Source: an uncultured virus (IMG/VR IMGVR_UViG_3300043425_000347)
Taxonomy: Duplodnaviria; Heunggongvirae; Uroviricota; Caudoviricetes
IMG/VR virus record: IMGVR_UViG_3300043425_000347
Reading direction: 5' to 3' (one strand)
Length of the DNA stretch: 64,000 bases
The first letter of the stretch is position 1; the number at the start of each line of letters is the position of its first letter. Position numbers and translations under genes: made by a program. Below, in pieces: positions 9,488 to 17,979 of the stretch. The notes beneath the pieces are model-generated. The model saw only the letters and a list, made by a program, of their open reading frames with translations. It ran no database searches and was not told the origin of the DNA.

Positions 9488-9792
9488 AGCAACTGACACT
9501 ACCCAAGAAGATCAAAGTGGGGGACAACTGGTACAGCGTGGAGATCGCGGAAGCGATGCGTGAGCGCATGTACATGGGGGAAGTCCACTACGCCAAGCGC
9601 ACCATCACACTGGCGCGTAAGTCCTACCACGGCATACCGCTCAAACTCTCGGCTCTGCAAGAGACGTTCTGGCACGAGCTGACGCACGCCATCCTTGAGA
9701 GCATGGACCGCCCTGACCTGAACAACGACGAGCACTTCGTCGAGGGGTTCAGCAACAGACTCCACAAAGCAATTCAATCTGCGAGGTTTTAA
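9484..9792 (+). CDS. small zincin-like metallopeptidase (HExxH)
   Basis: ETFWHELTHAIL...E.FVE. Confidence 0.7.
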   Translation: MKQLTLPKKIKVGDNWYSVEIAEAMRERMYMGEVHYAKRTITLARKSYHGIPLKLSALQETFWHELTHAILESMDRPDLNNDEHFVEGFSNRLHKAIQSARF

Positions 9793-10457
9793 TGACAGTT
9801 AAATGGTCACACTCAGCGCTCAAGGACTACGAAGGTTGTCCCCGGCGCTACCACGAGGTGAAGGTCCTCAAGAACTTCCCGTTCACGGACACGCAAGCCA
9901 CGCTGTACGGCAAGGAGTTGCACTCCGCAGCTGAGCACTACATCAAGGACGACACGCCGCTGCCACCGCAGTTTGAGTTCATCAAGGACATGCTCGATGC
10001 GCTCAAGGCCAAGCCCGGTCGCAAGCTGTGTGAGCACGAGATGGGTGTGACTGCTGACCTGCAACCCTGCGGGTTCATGGACAAAGATGTGTGGGTGCGC
10101 GGTATTGCCGACTTGCTCATCATCGACGACGAGAACTTGACAGCGCGAGTAGTGGACTATAAAACGGGCAACAACAAGTACCCGGACCGGGAGCAGCTTC
10201 GGCTGATGGCGTTGATGGTGTTCGTTCACTTCCCGCACATCCGCAAAGTCAGCGGCGGTCTGCTGTTCGTGGTCAAGAATGATCTGGTCAAGGCCAGCTT
10301 CTTGCGCGGTGAAGCTGAGGAGTACTGGTGGGATTACCGGGAGCGCGTCGCCCGCATTGAGAAGGCGCATGAGACCGGGGTGTGGAACCCCAAGCCCACA
10401 CCGCTTTGCGGCTGGTGTGTCGTTAAAACCTGTGAGTACAACCGAAAGAAGGATTGA
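9792..10457 (+). CDS. Cas4/RecB-like PD-(D/E)XK exonuclease
   Basis: CPRRY, GKELH, RGIADL, VVDYKTG, QLRLMA, and C-terminal CGWC...C Fe-S cysteines. Confidence 0.88.
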   Translation: MTVKWSHSALKDYEGCPRRYHEVKVLKNFPFTDTQATLYGKELHSAAEHYIKDDTPLPPQFEFIKDMLDALKAKPGRKLCEHEMGVTADLQPCGFMDKDVWVRGIADLLIIDDENLTARVVDYKTGNNKYPDREQLRLMALMVFVHFPHIRKVSGGLLFVVKNDLVKASFLRGEAEEYWWDYRERVARIEKAHETGVWNPKPTPLCGWCVVKTCEYNRKKD

Positions 10458-10458
10458 T

Positions 10459-10692
10459 ATGGCAACCCGTGACTACAAGAAGGAATACAAACGCGATCTG
10501 GAGACCGGCAAGTCCGGCCCAGACTCAGACCAGCATGAGCGCCAACGTGCGCGTCGTGCATACGACAAGAAAGGTATCGACCGTGCAGGCAAAGACATCG
10601 ACCACATCAAGCCCTTGCGGGCTGGCGGCAAGTCAACGCCGGGTAACCTGAGACTGCGTGCCAAGAAAGCCAATCAGGGCGACAACAAATAA
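10459..10692 (+). CDS. small HNH endonuclease
   Basis: DIDHIKPLRAGG...NLR...N. Confidence 0.75.
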   Translation: MATRDYKKEYKRDLETGKSGPDSDQHERQRARRAYDKKGIDRAGKDIDHIKPLRAGGKSTPGNLRLRAKKANQGDNK

Positions 10693-10707
10693 CTACCGGA
10701 GAAAGCA

Positions 10708-12267
10708 TTGGACATCATCGACAACAAAGCCGTTGTCTTCAGAACGCGCAATCCCGACAAGTACAGCATCATTCCCAAGCACAAAGTGTTTGACCGCGAG
10801 GATGGCAGCTACGATGTGGCTGTGTACTGGGGCTTGGACGAGGCGCGTGTCCTGAAGAATCTAGGCGTGAAAGACATCCAGTCGCCGATCACTCGGCGCT
10901 ATGAGTGGCCGGGGCGTTACAAGCCGATGGCTCACCAAGTGGAGACCGCATCGTTTCTGACCATGCACAAGCGTGCGTTTTGTTTCAACGATCCCGGCAC
11001 GGGCAAGACACTTGCCTCGCTATGGGCAGCGGACTACTTGATGAAGCTGGGGTTTGTGCGGCGTGTGTTGATACTGTGCCCACTGTCGATCATGCACTCA
11101 GCGTGGCTCAGTGATTTGAACAACAGCATCATCCACCGCTCGGCTATCGTGGCGCATCACAGCAAGGCATCCCGCCGCATCGAGATGATTCAGCAGGACT
11201 ACGAGTTCGTGATCTGCAACTACGACGGGCTGAACCTGATTGCCGAGGAGATCAAAAACGATGGTCGCTTTGATCTGATCATTGTGGATGAGGCCAACGC
11301 CTACAAGACCGTGACCACCAAGCGCTGGAAGACTCTCAAGTCGATCATCACGCCGAAGACGCACCTGTGGATGATGACCGGTACTCCTGCATCGCAGTCG
11401 CCTGCTGATGCGTACGGGCTGGCCAAGCTGGTCAACCCTGACAACGTGCCGCTGTTCTTCACAGGATGGCGCGACTCGGTGATGAACAAGATCACGCTGT
11501 ACAAGTGGGCACCCAAGCCCGATGCACGCGACCGCGTATTCAATGCGCTGCAACCAGCGATCCGCTTCTCCAAAGACCAGTGCCTTGACTTGCCGCCAGT
11601 GATGACGCTCACCCGCGAGGTGCCGCTGACTCCACAGCAGGTCAAGTACTACAACTTGCTCAAGGACCAGATGCTGGTGCAAGCCGCAGGGGAGGTCATC
11701 ACAGCGGTCAACGCCGCTGCTATGCTGAGCAAGCTGCTGCAAGTCTCGGCTGGTGCTGCGCTCACGGACACCAAAGAGGTGGTGGAGTTTGACGCTGGCC
11801 CACGGCTTGGCGTGCTGGAGGAAATTCTGGAGGAGACATCGCGCAAGGTCATCGTCTTTGCGTTGTTCCGCGCCAGCATCGAGACCATCCAGAAGCACCT
11901 GACATCCAAGGGCATCACCAACGAGTGCATCCACGGCGGCGTGTCTGCGACCAAGCGCGGCGACATCATCCACCGCTTCCAGACCGACCCCGACCCAAGG
12001 GTGCTGGTCATGCAGCCTGCGGCTACAGCGCACGGCATTACGCTGACTGCTGCCGACACCGTGGTGTTCTACGGCCCGTTGATGAGCGTGGAGCAGTACA
12101 TCCAGTGTATTGCCCGTGCCGACCGCAAGGGGCAGAACTCCGACAAGGTGACAGTCTTCCACATCCAGAGCTCCCCGGTGGAGTCCAAGATGTTCAAAGC
12201 CCTCGGAGCGAAAGTGAGCGATAGCTCACTTCTGACTGAGATGTTTACCCTTGAAATAAATTCTTGA
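10708..12267 (+). CDS. SNF2-like superfamily 2 helicase
   Basis: Walker A DPGTGKT, IVDEA, MTGTP, GITLT, Q...RADRKGQ; TTG start after GGAGAAAGCA. Confidence 0.92.
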   Translation: MDIIDNKAVVFRTRNPDKYSIIPKHKVFDREDGSYDVAVYWGLDEARVLKNLGVKDIQSPITRRYEWPGRYKPMAHQVETASFLTMHKRAFCFNDPGTGKTLASLWAADYLMKLGFVRRVLILCPLSIMHSAWLSDLNNSIIHRSAIVAHHSKASRRIEMIQQDYEFVICNYDGLNLIAEEIKNDGRFDLIIVDEANAYKTVTTKRWKTLKSIITPKTHLWMMTGTPASQSPADAYGLAKLVNPDNVPLFFTGWRDSVMNKITLYKWAPKPDARDRVFNALQPAIRFSKDQCLDLPPVMTLTREVPLTPQQVKYYNLLKDQMLVQAAGEVITAVNAAAMLSKLLQVSAGAALTDTKEVVEFDAGPRLGVLEEILEETSRKVIVFALFRASIETIQKHLTSKGITNECIHGGVSATKRGDIIHRFQTDPDPRVLVMQPAATAHGITLTAADTVVFYGPLMSVEQYIQCIARADRKGQNSDKVTVFHIQSSPVESKMFKALGAKVSDSSLLTEMFTLEINS

Positions 12268-12274
12268 AAGGGGG

Positions 12275-12317
12275 TTGCGCCACGAAAAAAGCCATGTAAA
12301 CTGTCCAACGCTTGACA
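12275..12317 (+). promoter_or_regulatory. putative sigma70-like promoter (TTGCGC-16-TAAACT) overlapped by a TGTC-N8-GACA palindrome
   Basis: Intergenic, upstream of 12336; palindrome at 12302-12317. Confidence 0.45.
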
Positions 12318-12335
12318 AAAATATAGGAGAAAGCA

Positions 12336-12752
12336 ATGACTGAAGACATCGAAGAAGCACCGGAAGTTGAAGCAATTCCGCTCGACAAGCTGGTCGCCAT
12401 TCACTCCAAGATCAAGGCCAAGATGGAAGGCCTTGATCGCCAGCTCGCTGAGCTGGAGGAGACGCGCACGCAGGTGCGCCTCGCAATCAAAGACCAGATG
12501 AAGGCCCTCGGCCTGACATCGGTCCAGACCTCCACGGGAACCGTGTCGTTGATGAAGAAGACGCGCTACAACACACAGGACTGGGACTCGTTCAAAGCAT
12601 TCGTGCTTGAGCATCAAGTCGTAGACCTGTTGGAAAAGCGCATCGCCCAAACCAACATGGCACAGTTTCTGGAAGAGAACCCCGGCGTTGTACCGCCGGG
12701 GCTGAACTCAGTCACTGAGTTCGACATTCGTGTAACCAAAGCAAGAAAGTAA
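12336..12752 (+). CDS. conserved phage replication/recombination-region protein (coiled coil, DWD motif)
   Basis: Sits between helicase and SSB; TGTVS...DWDSF...LLEKRI...PPG pattern. Confidence 0.6.
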   Translation: MTEDIEEAPEVEAIPLDKLVAIHSKIKAKMEGLDRQLAELEETRTQVRLAIKDQMKALGLTSVQTSTGTVSLMKKTRYNTQDWDSFKAFVLEHQVVDLLEKRIAQTNMAQFLEENPGVVPPGLNSVTEFDIRVTKARK

Positions 12753-12759
12753 CGCAATC

Positions 12760-13743
12760 ATGAGCAACATTACGCTTTTCAATTCGTCCAACGTCCCCGC
12801 ATTCGCTCGTAACAACGAGTTGTCTGAAACAGCCAAAGCCCTGACGGGCGGCGGTGCTGGTGTATCCACCAAGCGCATCTCCATCAAAGGCGGCGTGTTC
12901 CGTCTGGTGGCAGGTGGCAAGGAAGTAGCCGCCATCGAAGACCGTCACCTTGATGTCATCATCGTCCGTGCTGCCCCCAAGGTCAGCCGCATCTTCTACG
13001 CTGGCGCTTACAACGCTGACGCGATCGTGCGCCCTGACTGCTGGAGCAACGACGGTGAGAAACCTGACGCCAGCATCGCTGCTCCACAGAGCAAGACCTG
13101 CATGGGTTGCCCACAGAACGAAGCCGGTTCCGGTAACGGCAACAGCCGTGCCTGCCGCTTCCAACAGCGCCTTGCTGTTGTGTTGGCCAACAACCCTGAA
13201 GGCGATGTCCTGCAACTGACACTCCCAGCTACCAGCATCTTCGGTAAGGAAGAAGGCGATAAGCGTCCCCTGCAAGCCTACGCCCGCTTCTTGGCAGCGC
13301 AGACACCTCCGGTTAACCCCGAGCAGATCGTCACACGCATGAAGTTCGACACCAAGGCTGAGTCTCCCAAGCTGTTCTTCAACCCTGTGCGTTGGTTGAC
13401 AGACGAAGAGTACCCAATCGCTGTGGCGCAAGGCGACTCTGACGATGCCAAGAAGGCTGTGACCCTGACCGTGGCGCAAGCTGACGGCGTGAAAGCTGCC
13501 CCGATGTCGATCCCCGGTGCTGCGCCCAAGGCCGCTGCTAAGCCCGCGCCTGTGGTTGAGGAGGAAGATGAGGCTCCGGCTCCAGCTCCAGCACCCGCCC
13601 CGAAAGCTGCCAAGGCCAAAGCTGCGCCCGTGGCCGATGCTGACGACGAACCGGAAGTGCGCAAAGAGACAGCCAAGGCTGCCGCCGTGCCAGCCAAGAA
13701 GTCCAAGCTGGCTGACATCGTGTCCGATTGGGACGACGAGTAA
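12760..13743 (+). CDS. putative single-stranded DNA-binding protein
   Basis: RISIKGG, CWS.DG, C..CP.N..GSG...RAC; Ala/Pro/Lys linker; acidic aromatic C-terminus DWDDE. Confidence 0.65.
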   Translation: MSNITLFNSSNVPAFARNNELSETAKALTGGGAGVSTKRISIKGGVFRLVAGGKEVAAIEDRHLDVIIVRAAPKVSRIFYAGAYNADAIVRPDCWSNDGEKPDASIAAPQSKTCMGCPQNEAGSGNGNSRACRFQQRLAVVLANNPEGDVLQLTLPATSIFGKEEGDKRPLQAYARFLAAQTPPVNPEQIVTRMKFDTKAESPKLFFNPVRWLTDEEYPIAVAQGDSDDAKKAVTLTVAQADGVKAAPMSIPGAAPKAAAKPAPVVEEEDEAPAPAPAPAPKAAKAKAAPVADADDEPEVRKETAKAAAVPAKKSKLADIVSDWDDE

Positions 13744-13751
13744 AAAGAATC

Positions 13752-13835
13752 GGGGGGAAAGCGGATGCTGTGCGGGTGTTAGGTCGTGGTGCAACTCCAC
13801 CCCGCTTCATGATCACAGACGCAGCGAGTACCCCC
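13752..13835 (+). ncRNA. candidate structured RNA with a loop-E-like internal loop
   Basis: GGGGG/CCCCC closing stem, GAA opposite AGUA, CUGUG/CACAG stem, inner GCGGG/CCCGC; fills an intergenic gap. Confidence 0.55.
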
Positions 13836-13853
13836 ACCTACAAGGAGAAGCAC

Positions 13854-14123
13854 ATGGCAATCGGAACAATGCAGGGAGGTCTGTACTACGACGCCAACCG
13901 CGACACGTACTACAGCGAGCGCGAACGCTTCGAGCGCGAGATGCAACAGCGCCAGATGTACGCAGCCCAGCAGCAAATGGGGCAAAACCCATACGGCAAA
14001 GCAATCGCTGGCGGAAACCACGCAGAGCAACAACGGCAAGTAGCTGTCGTTGACCCCAAAGACCCGCTGAGTTTTCTCAGCAAAGCAGACAACAAACTTT
14101 TACTCACAGGAGAAGCACCATGA
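13854..14123 (+). CDS. hypothetical Gln-rich protein
   Basis: CAAGGAGAAGCA RBS. Confidence 0.55.
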   Translation: MAIGTMQGGLYYDANRDTYYSERERFEREMQQRQMYAAQQQMGQNPYGKAIAGGNHAEQQRQVAVVDPKDPLSFLSKADNKLLLTGEAP

Positions 14124-14404
14124 AACTCAAACCATTCGCAGAAATCATCGCCATGTCCAAGGAGAAGTTGTCAGAAGCACTGGCACCCATCCGCGCACGC
14201 AAGGTTCGCAGCCAAGCGGAGCTGGAGATGGCCAAGCTGGACGACGAGTTGATTCGTTTGGAAGCGGACATTCAAGAGCAGTGCGCCAAGGAAGACATCA
14301 ACTTCCCAAGCCTTCTTGACAAGCTGGACAAGGTCGCCTTGCTTGAGCGCCGCAAGACCCAGTATGAATCCGTGCTGGCGCAGTTGTTCCCAGCCAAGAC
14401 CTAA
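14120..14404 (+). CDS. hypothetical coiled-coil protein
   Basis: AGGAGAAGCA RBS, coupled. Confidence 0.6.
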   Translation: MKLKPFAEIIAMSKEKLSEALAPIRARKVRSQAELEMAKLDDELIRLEADIQEQCAKEDINFPSLLDKLDKVALLERRKTQYESVLAQLFPAKT

Positions 14405-14409
14405 ACAAC

Positions 14410-14425
14410 AGGGGCTTCGGCCCCT
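14410..14425 (+). other. cUUCGg tetraloop hairpin AGGGGCTTCGGCCCCT (no U-tract)
   Basis: Perfect 6-bp stem; identical copy on the - strand at 48849-48864. Confidence 0.7.
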
Positions 14426-14431
14426 ACTACC

Positions 14432-14710
14432 ATGGCCTACTCACAAAAAATCATTGACGATGTGATGAAGACTCCCAAGTCTCTGGGCAACCAGCTTGGG
14501 CGTTGGGCTATCCACTTGGATTTCCCCGTCACCAAAATCGCCTACGCCCTTGGTGTCACACGCCAGACCGTCTACAACTGGTTCAACGGATCAGAAGTCT
14601 TTGTCGCGTACCGACACCGCGTGGAAACCCTCTTAACAATAATGCAGTCCTCAAACACAGCGGACGAAGCATGGAGAAGAATATGTCACGAGTACAACCT
14701 CAAGCCCTGA
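14432..14710 (+). CDS. Cro/XRE-like HTH transcriptional regulator
   Basis: VTKIAYALGVTRQTVYNWFNG. Confidence 0.8.
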   Translation: MAYSQKIIDDVMKTPKSLGNQLGRWAIHLDFPVTKIAYALGVTRQTVYNWFNGSEVFVAYRHRVETLLTIMQSSNTADEAWRRICHEYNLKP

Positions 14711-14832
14711 CCGACGAAGAGTTGATGAACTATATCTACATACAGAACTACGCTGTACCCGTTGAGTTTGTGCAGGAGTTGTGGAAGCGCTACGCTGCGC
14801 TGCTGGACGCCGCCGAAGACGACCTGAAGTAA
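14683..14832 (+). CDS. small hypothetical protein (LTDEEL)
   Basis: GGAG RBS; fills the gap before the primase. Confidence 0.5.
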   Translation: MSRVQPQALTDEELMNYIYIQNYAVPVEFVQELWKRYAALLDAAEDDLK

Positions 14833-14852
14833 CCCATTCCCGAAGGACCCTC

Positions 14853-17831
14853 ATGACTCCGCTCGATTTGATGGCGGCGGTTTTGCCGTCTCCGGGTAAT
14901 GGCTATTACTGCGCGGTAGAACTTACAAAGAAAAAACAACACGTCTACGGACAAACACTTGAGGAGATCATGCCCACCGTCGAGCAGTGGGCGAAAGCGG
15001 GATACGACACTTACTTTGCACTGGGCACGTTCGGCACGGACAAGGACCGCACCAAGGACAACATGCACGCCAGCCAAGTGCTGGCCGTGGACCTTGACTG
15101 CAACCATCCCAAGGACATACCCCAGCCCGACAAAGAAACGGGCGAGATGGTCATCAAGCCCAAGGCATATCCGAGCGCCAAAGCTGCGGCGCAGGCGCTG
15201 CAAAAGTTCTGTGAGGACACAGGGCTGTCGGCACTTGGCGACCCGTGGCTTGTTCATTCTGGCGGCGGCATCCATGCCTACTGGCCGCTCGACGAGATGC
15301 TGTTCAAAGAGGACTGGTATCCGCTGGCCAAGCGCTTCAAAGAGATGTGCATCAAGCACGGGCTGGCCATCGACACTGCGGTCACAGGCGATGCTTCCCG
15401 AGTCTTGCGCGTACCTGACACCACCAACACCGGCATCAAGAACGGCAAGGCTGTACGCGAAGCCACACGGGTGCGCAGCATGGCCGAGGGCAACAAGTTT
15501 GCCGTGGCCGACATCGAGGCCCTCCTGACAGCACAAGGGTTCGGTCCAGACTTTGTAAAGAAGCCCACCCCCTCCACGCTGGCGCTGCCGGGGCAGCGGC
15601 CAACGGGTGTCAGTAAACCCTCCACGTTGACGGCCATCACGCAAAACAGCGTGACGTTGTTCAAAAAAATTCTGATCAAAACCAAAAACGGTTCAGGCTG
15701 CGCCCAGCTCCAGAACTACGTTGAGAACGCATCCGACGATGGCATGGAGCCGATCTGGCGTGGGATGCTCAGTTGGGCCAAGGTCTGCGTAGATGGGGAG
15801 AAAGCATCCACGTGGCTGAGCGACCTGCACCCCTACCCCCACGAGCGCATGCACCAGAAGCTGGCCGAGATCAAAGGCCCGTACTCATGCGCTGCCATGG
15901 ACGACATTAACCCCGGCGTGTGCCGTGGCTGCGCCCACTGGGGCAAGATCACCAACCCACTCATTTGGGGCAGGGAAATGTCAGTGGTCACTAACGAGAC
16001 CACGATCGAGGTGAAGAACAGTGCAGCTGCCGATGCCGATACTGTGGAGATTGCGCAGCCTGAGCCACCAAAAGGGTACGCCTACGGTGAACGTGGCGGT
16101 GTGTTCTTGGAGCGGGACGAGGAAGACGCTGACGGCAATCCCATCAAGAAGCGCGTGCTGCTGTGCGCCAACACAATTTTCCCTGTGGACATCCTGAACA
16201 ACAACGGCAGCCACGAGGTCCACTTCTGCGTGGTGAAGAACAACCAGATGCACGAAGTGCTGGTGCCACAGAAGTGCATGGCCAGCAAGGACGAGACGAT
16301 CAAACATTTGGCCAACCAGAACGTCATGGCCTCATTCGGTTCGGGCAACGACCAGAACTTCTTTGCCTACATCCGCGCCAGCGTGGAGAAGATCAGCATT
16401 GAGAAGAACCCCATCAAGATGCCTCCCAGCTACGGCTGGCAGGAAGATGACAGCTTTGTGTTTGCAAGCCGCGTGTACAGCGCCAACCGCAAGCCCGTGA
16501 TGGTGCCCATGTCTGAGCTGCAAAACATCGTGGCCAGCACCAAACCCACTGGCTCACTGGACGCTTGGAGAAATGTCATCAACATGATGGTGCGGCGCAA
16601 GATGTGGGATCAGTTGGCCATCGTGCTGGCTGGCGCTGCTGCCCCCTTGATGCGCTTCACAGGGCTGCTGGGCATGACGGTGCACGTGGCCTCCACCGAG
16701 TCCGGTACGGGCAAGTCGCTGTCGCTGGATGCAGCAGCGTCCATCTGGGGCCATCCGATCCACTACCGCACAGGCTCGGGCACATCACCTGTTGCCATGC
16801 AGCAACGCCTTGGGCATCTGCGCAGCCTGCCGCTCATCACGGACGAGATCACCACAAACAACCGCAAGGACTTTGAGTGGTTCCCTGCCTTCCTGTTCAG
16901 TATGAGCGAAGGGCGCGGCAAAGAACGCATGGAGTCGGGCACCAACAAAGAACGCCTGAACCTGTCCACGTGGGCCACGCTGGCGCTGATGTCCTCCAAC
17001 CGCCCTGCCGTTGACTACATGACAGGTGAGCGCAAGCACTCCTCTGAGGGTGAACTGCGCCGCATGATCGAGTTCAACATGGACGTGAAGCTGGAGTGGT
17101 CGCAAGAAGAGATCGAGATCATCAAGTCGCTGCCGTCAAACTTCGGCGTAGCGGGGGAAGTCTTGGCGCAGTATCTGGTGGACAACATCGGCATGTTGCG
17201 TGAACTGGTGCCCGAGTGCGTGCGCCGTATGTACACCGAGTACAAGGCCCCTAACGACGAGCGGTACTGGATGGCAGGTGTGGGCGCTATCGTGGCAGCA
17301 GGTCTGCTCCTGAGCGACAAGCATACAGGTATCGTCAACATCCCCTTGCAGGAGATCATCGAGTCGTACCGCCGCCAGATCGACCACCAGCGCCAGTGCA
17401 TCAAGGGCGGCAAGCGCACAGCCGAGGACGTACTCAACTCGTACACGCAGGAGTTCCAAGGCAAGTTCGTCATCGTCAAGTACGGTGAGAAGGCCAGCCC
17501 TGCTGCCATGTTTGGGGACGGCACAACGGTGGGCAGAACGACAACGCGCCAAGAGATCATGGGTCGGGTCGAGCACGGCGTCAATCCGGGCTACGTGGAC
17601 TACTACATCGAAGAGCGCTTGCTGCGTGCGTACTGCTCCAACATGAGCTTCAGCTATGCGACGTTCAAGAAAGAGATCGCGCAGTCGTTTATCGTGCAGC
17701 AGGTGGCCAAGAAGGATATGACCGCCAAGACGGACGGCCCACCGATGCGCGTTGCGACACTGCGCCTGAGCGCGAATATGAGCACACTCGATGACACGGT
17801 ACTCCAGAGTATTCCCATGGTTACGGGTTAA
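14853..17831 (+). CDS. AEP primase fused to a DUF927-type helicase
   Basis: AVDLD and VHSGGGIHAYW (AEP); C..C Zn site; YGW; Walker A STESGTGKS; LITDE. Confidence 0.85.
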   Translation: MTPLDLMAAVLPSPGNGYYCAVELTKKKQHVYGQTLEEIMPTVEQWAKAGYDTYFALGTFGTDKDRTKDNMHASQVLAVDLDCNHPKDIPQPDKETGEMVIKPKAYPSAKAAAQALQKFCEDTGLSALGDPWLVHSGGGIHAYWPLDEMLFKEDWYPLAKRFKEMCIKHGLAIDTAVTGDASRVLRVPDTTNTGIKNGKAVREATRVRSMAEGNKFAVADIEALLTAQGFGPDFVKKPTPSTLALPGQRPTGVSKPSTLTAITQNSVTLFKKILIKTKNGSGCAQLQNYVENASDDGMEPIWRGMLSWAKVCVDGEKASTWLSDLHPYPHERMHQKLAEIKGPYSCAAMDDINPGVCRGCAHWGKITNPLIWGREMSVVTNETTIEVKNSAAADADTVEIAQPEPPKGYAYGERGGVFLERDEEDADGNPIKKRVLLCANTIFPVDILNNNGSHEVHFCVVKNNQMHEVLVPQKCMASKDETIKHLANQNVMASFGSGNDQNFFAYIRASVEKISIEKNPIKMPPSYGWQEDDSFVFASRVYSANRKPVMVPMSELQNIVASTKPTGSLDAWRNVINMMVRRKMWDQLAIVLAGAAAPLMRFTGLLGMTVHVASTESGTGKSLSLDAAASIWGHPIHYRTGSGTSPVAMQQRLGHLRSLPLITDEITTNNRKDFEWFPAFLFSMSEGRGKERMESGTNKERLNLSTWATLALMSSNRPAVDYMTGERKHSSEGELRRMIEFNMDVKLEWSQEEIEIIKSLPSNFGVAGEVLAQYLVDNIGMLRELVPECVRRMYTEYKAPNDERYWMAGVGAIVAAGLLLSDKHTGIVNIPLQEIIESYRRQIDHQRQCIKGGKRTAEDVLNSYTQEFQGKFVIVKYGEKASPAAMFGDGTTVGRTTTRQEIMGRVEHGVNPGYVDYYIEERLLRAYCSNMSFSYATFKKEIAQSFIVQQVAKKDMTAKTDGPPMRVATLRLSANMSTLDDTVLQSIPMVTG

Positions 17832-17979
17832 GCGGGGGCAGGGGTTTTTCGTCCCCTGCCTCGACACCGAGAAGGTGCGCAGCACCGGCCTCAATGAAGC
17901 GCTGCGCTGCCGTATCTTCGACGCCAAAGCCTACCCCGCCGTCCACAAGGGACTGAGCGGGGTGTGGTTTTATCGCTGA
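17791..17979 (+). CDS. small conserved phage protein (FPW...GQGFFVPC...GVWFYR)
   Basis: Last gene of the + block; converges on the late block. Confidence 0.55.
   Translation: MTRYSRVFPWLRVKRGQGFFVPCLDTEKVRSTGLNEALRCRIFDAKAYPAVHKGLSGVWFYR

Noticed and set aside
9792..10457. Cas4-like gene as evidence of CRISPR-Cas
   Set aside because: It is a solo Cas4/RecB-like exonuclease in a phage replication module, with no cas1/cas2 or array.
13752..13835. tRNA gene
   Set aside because: No T-loop GTTCRA, no cloverleaf and no acceptor/CCA pattern. No tRNA was recognised elsewhere in the window.
7280..17831. Introns or inteins in the polymerase, helicase or primase
   Set aside because: The reading frames are continuous, motif spacing looks normal, and no intein C...HN junctions were noticed.
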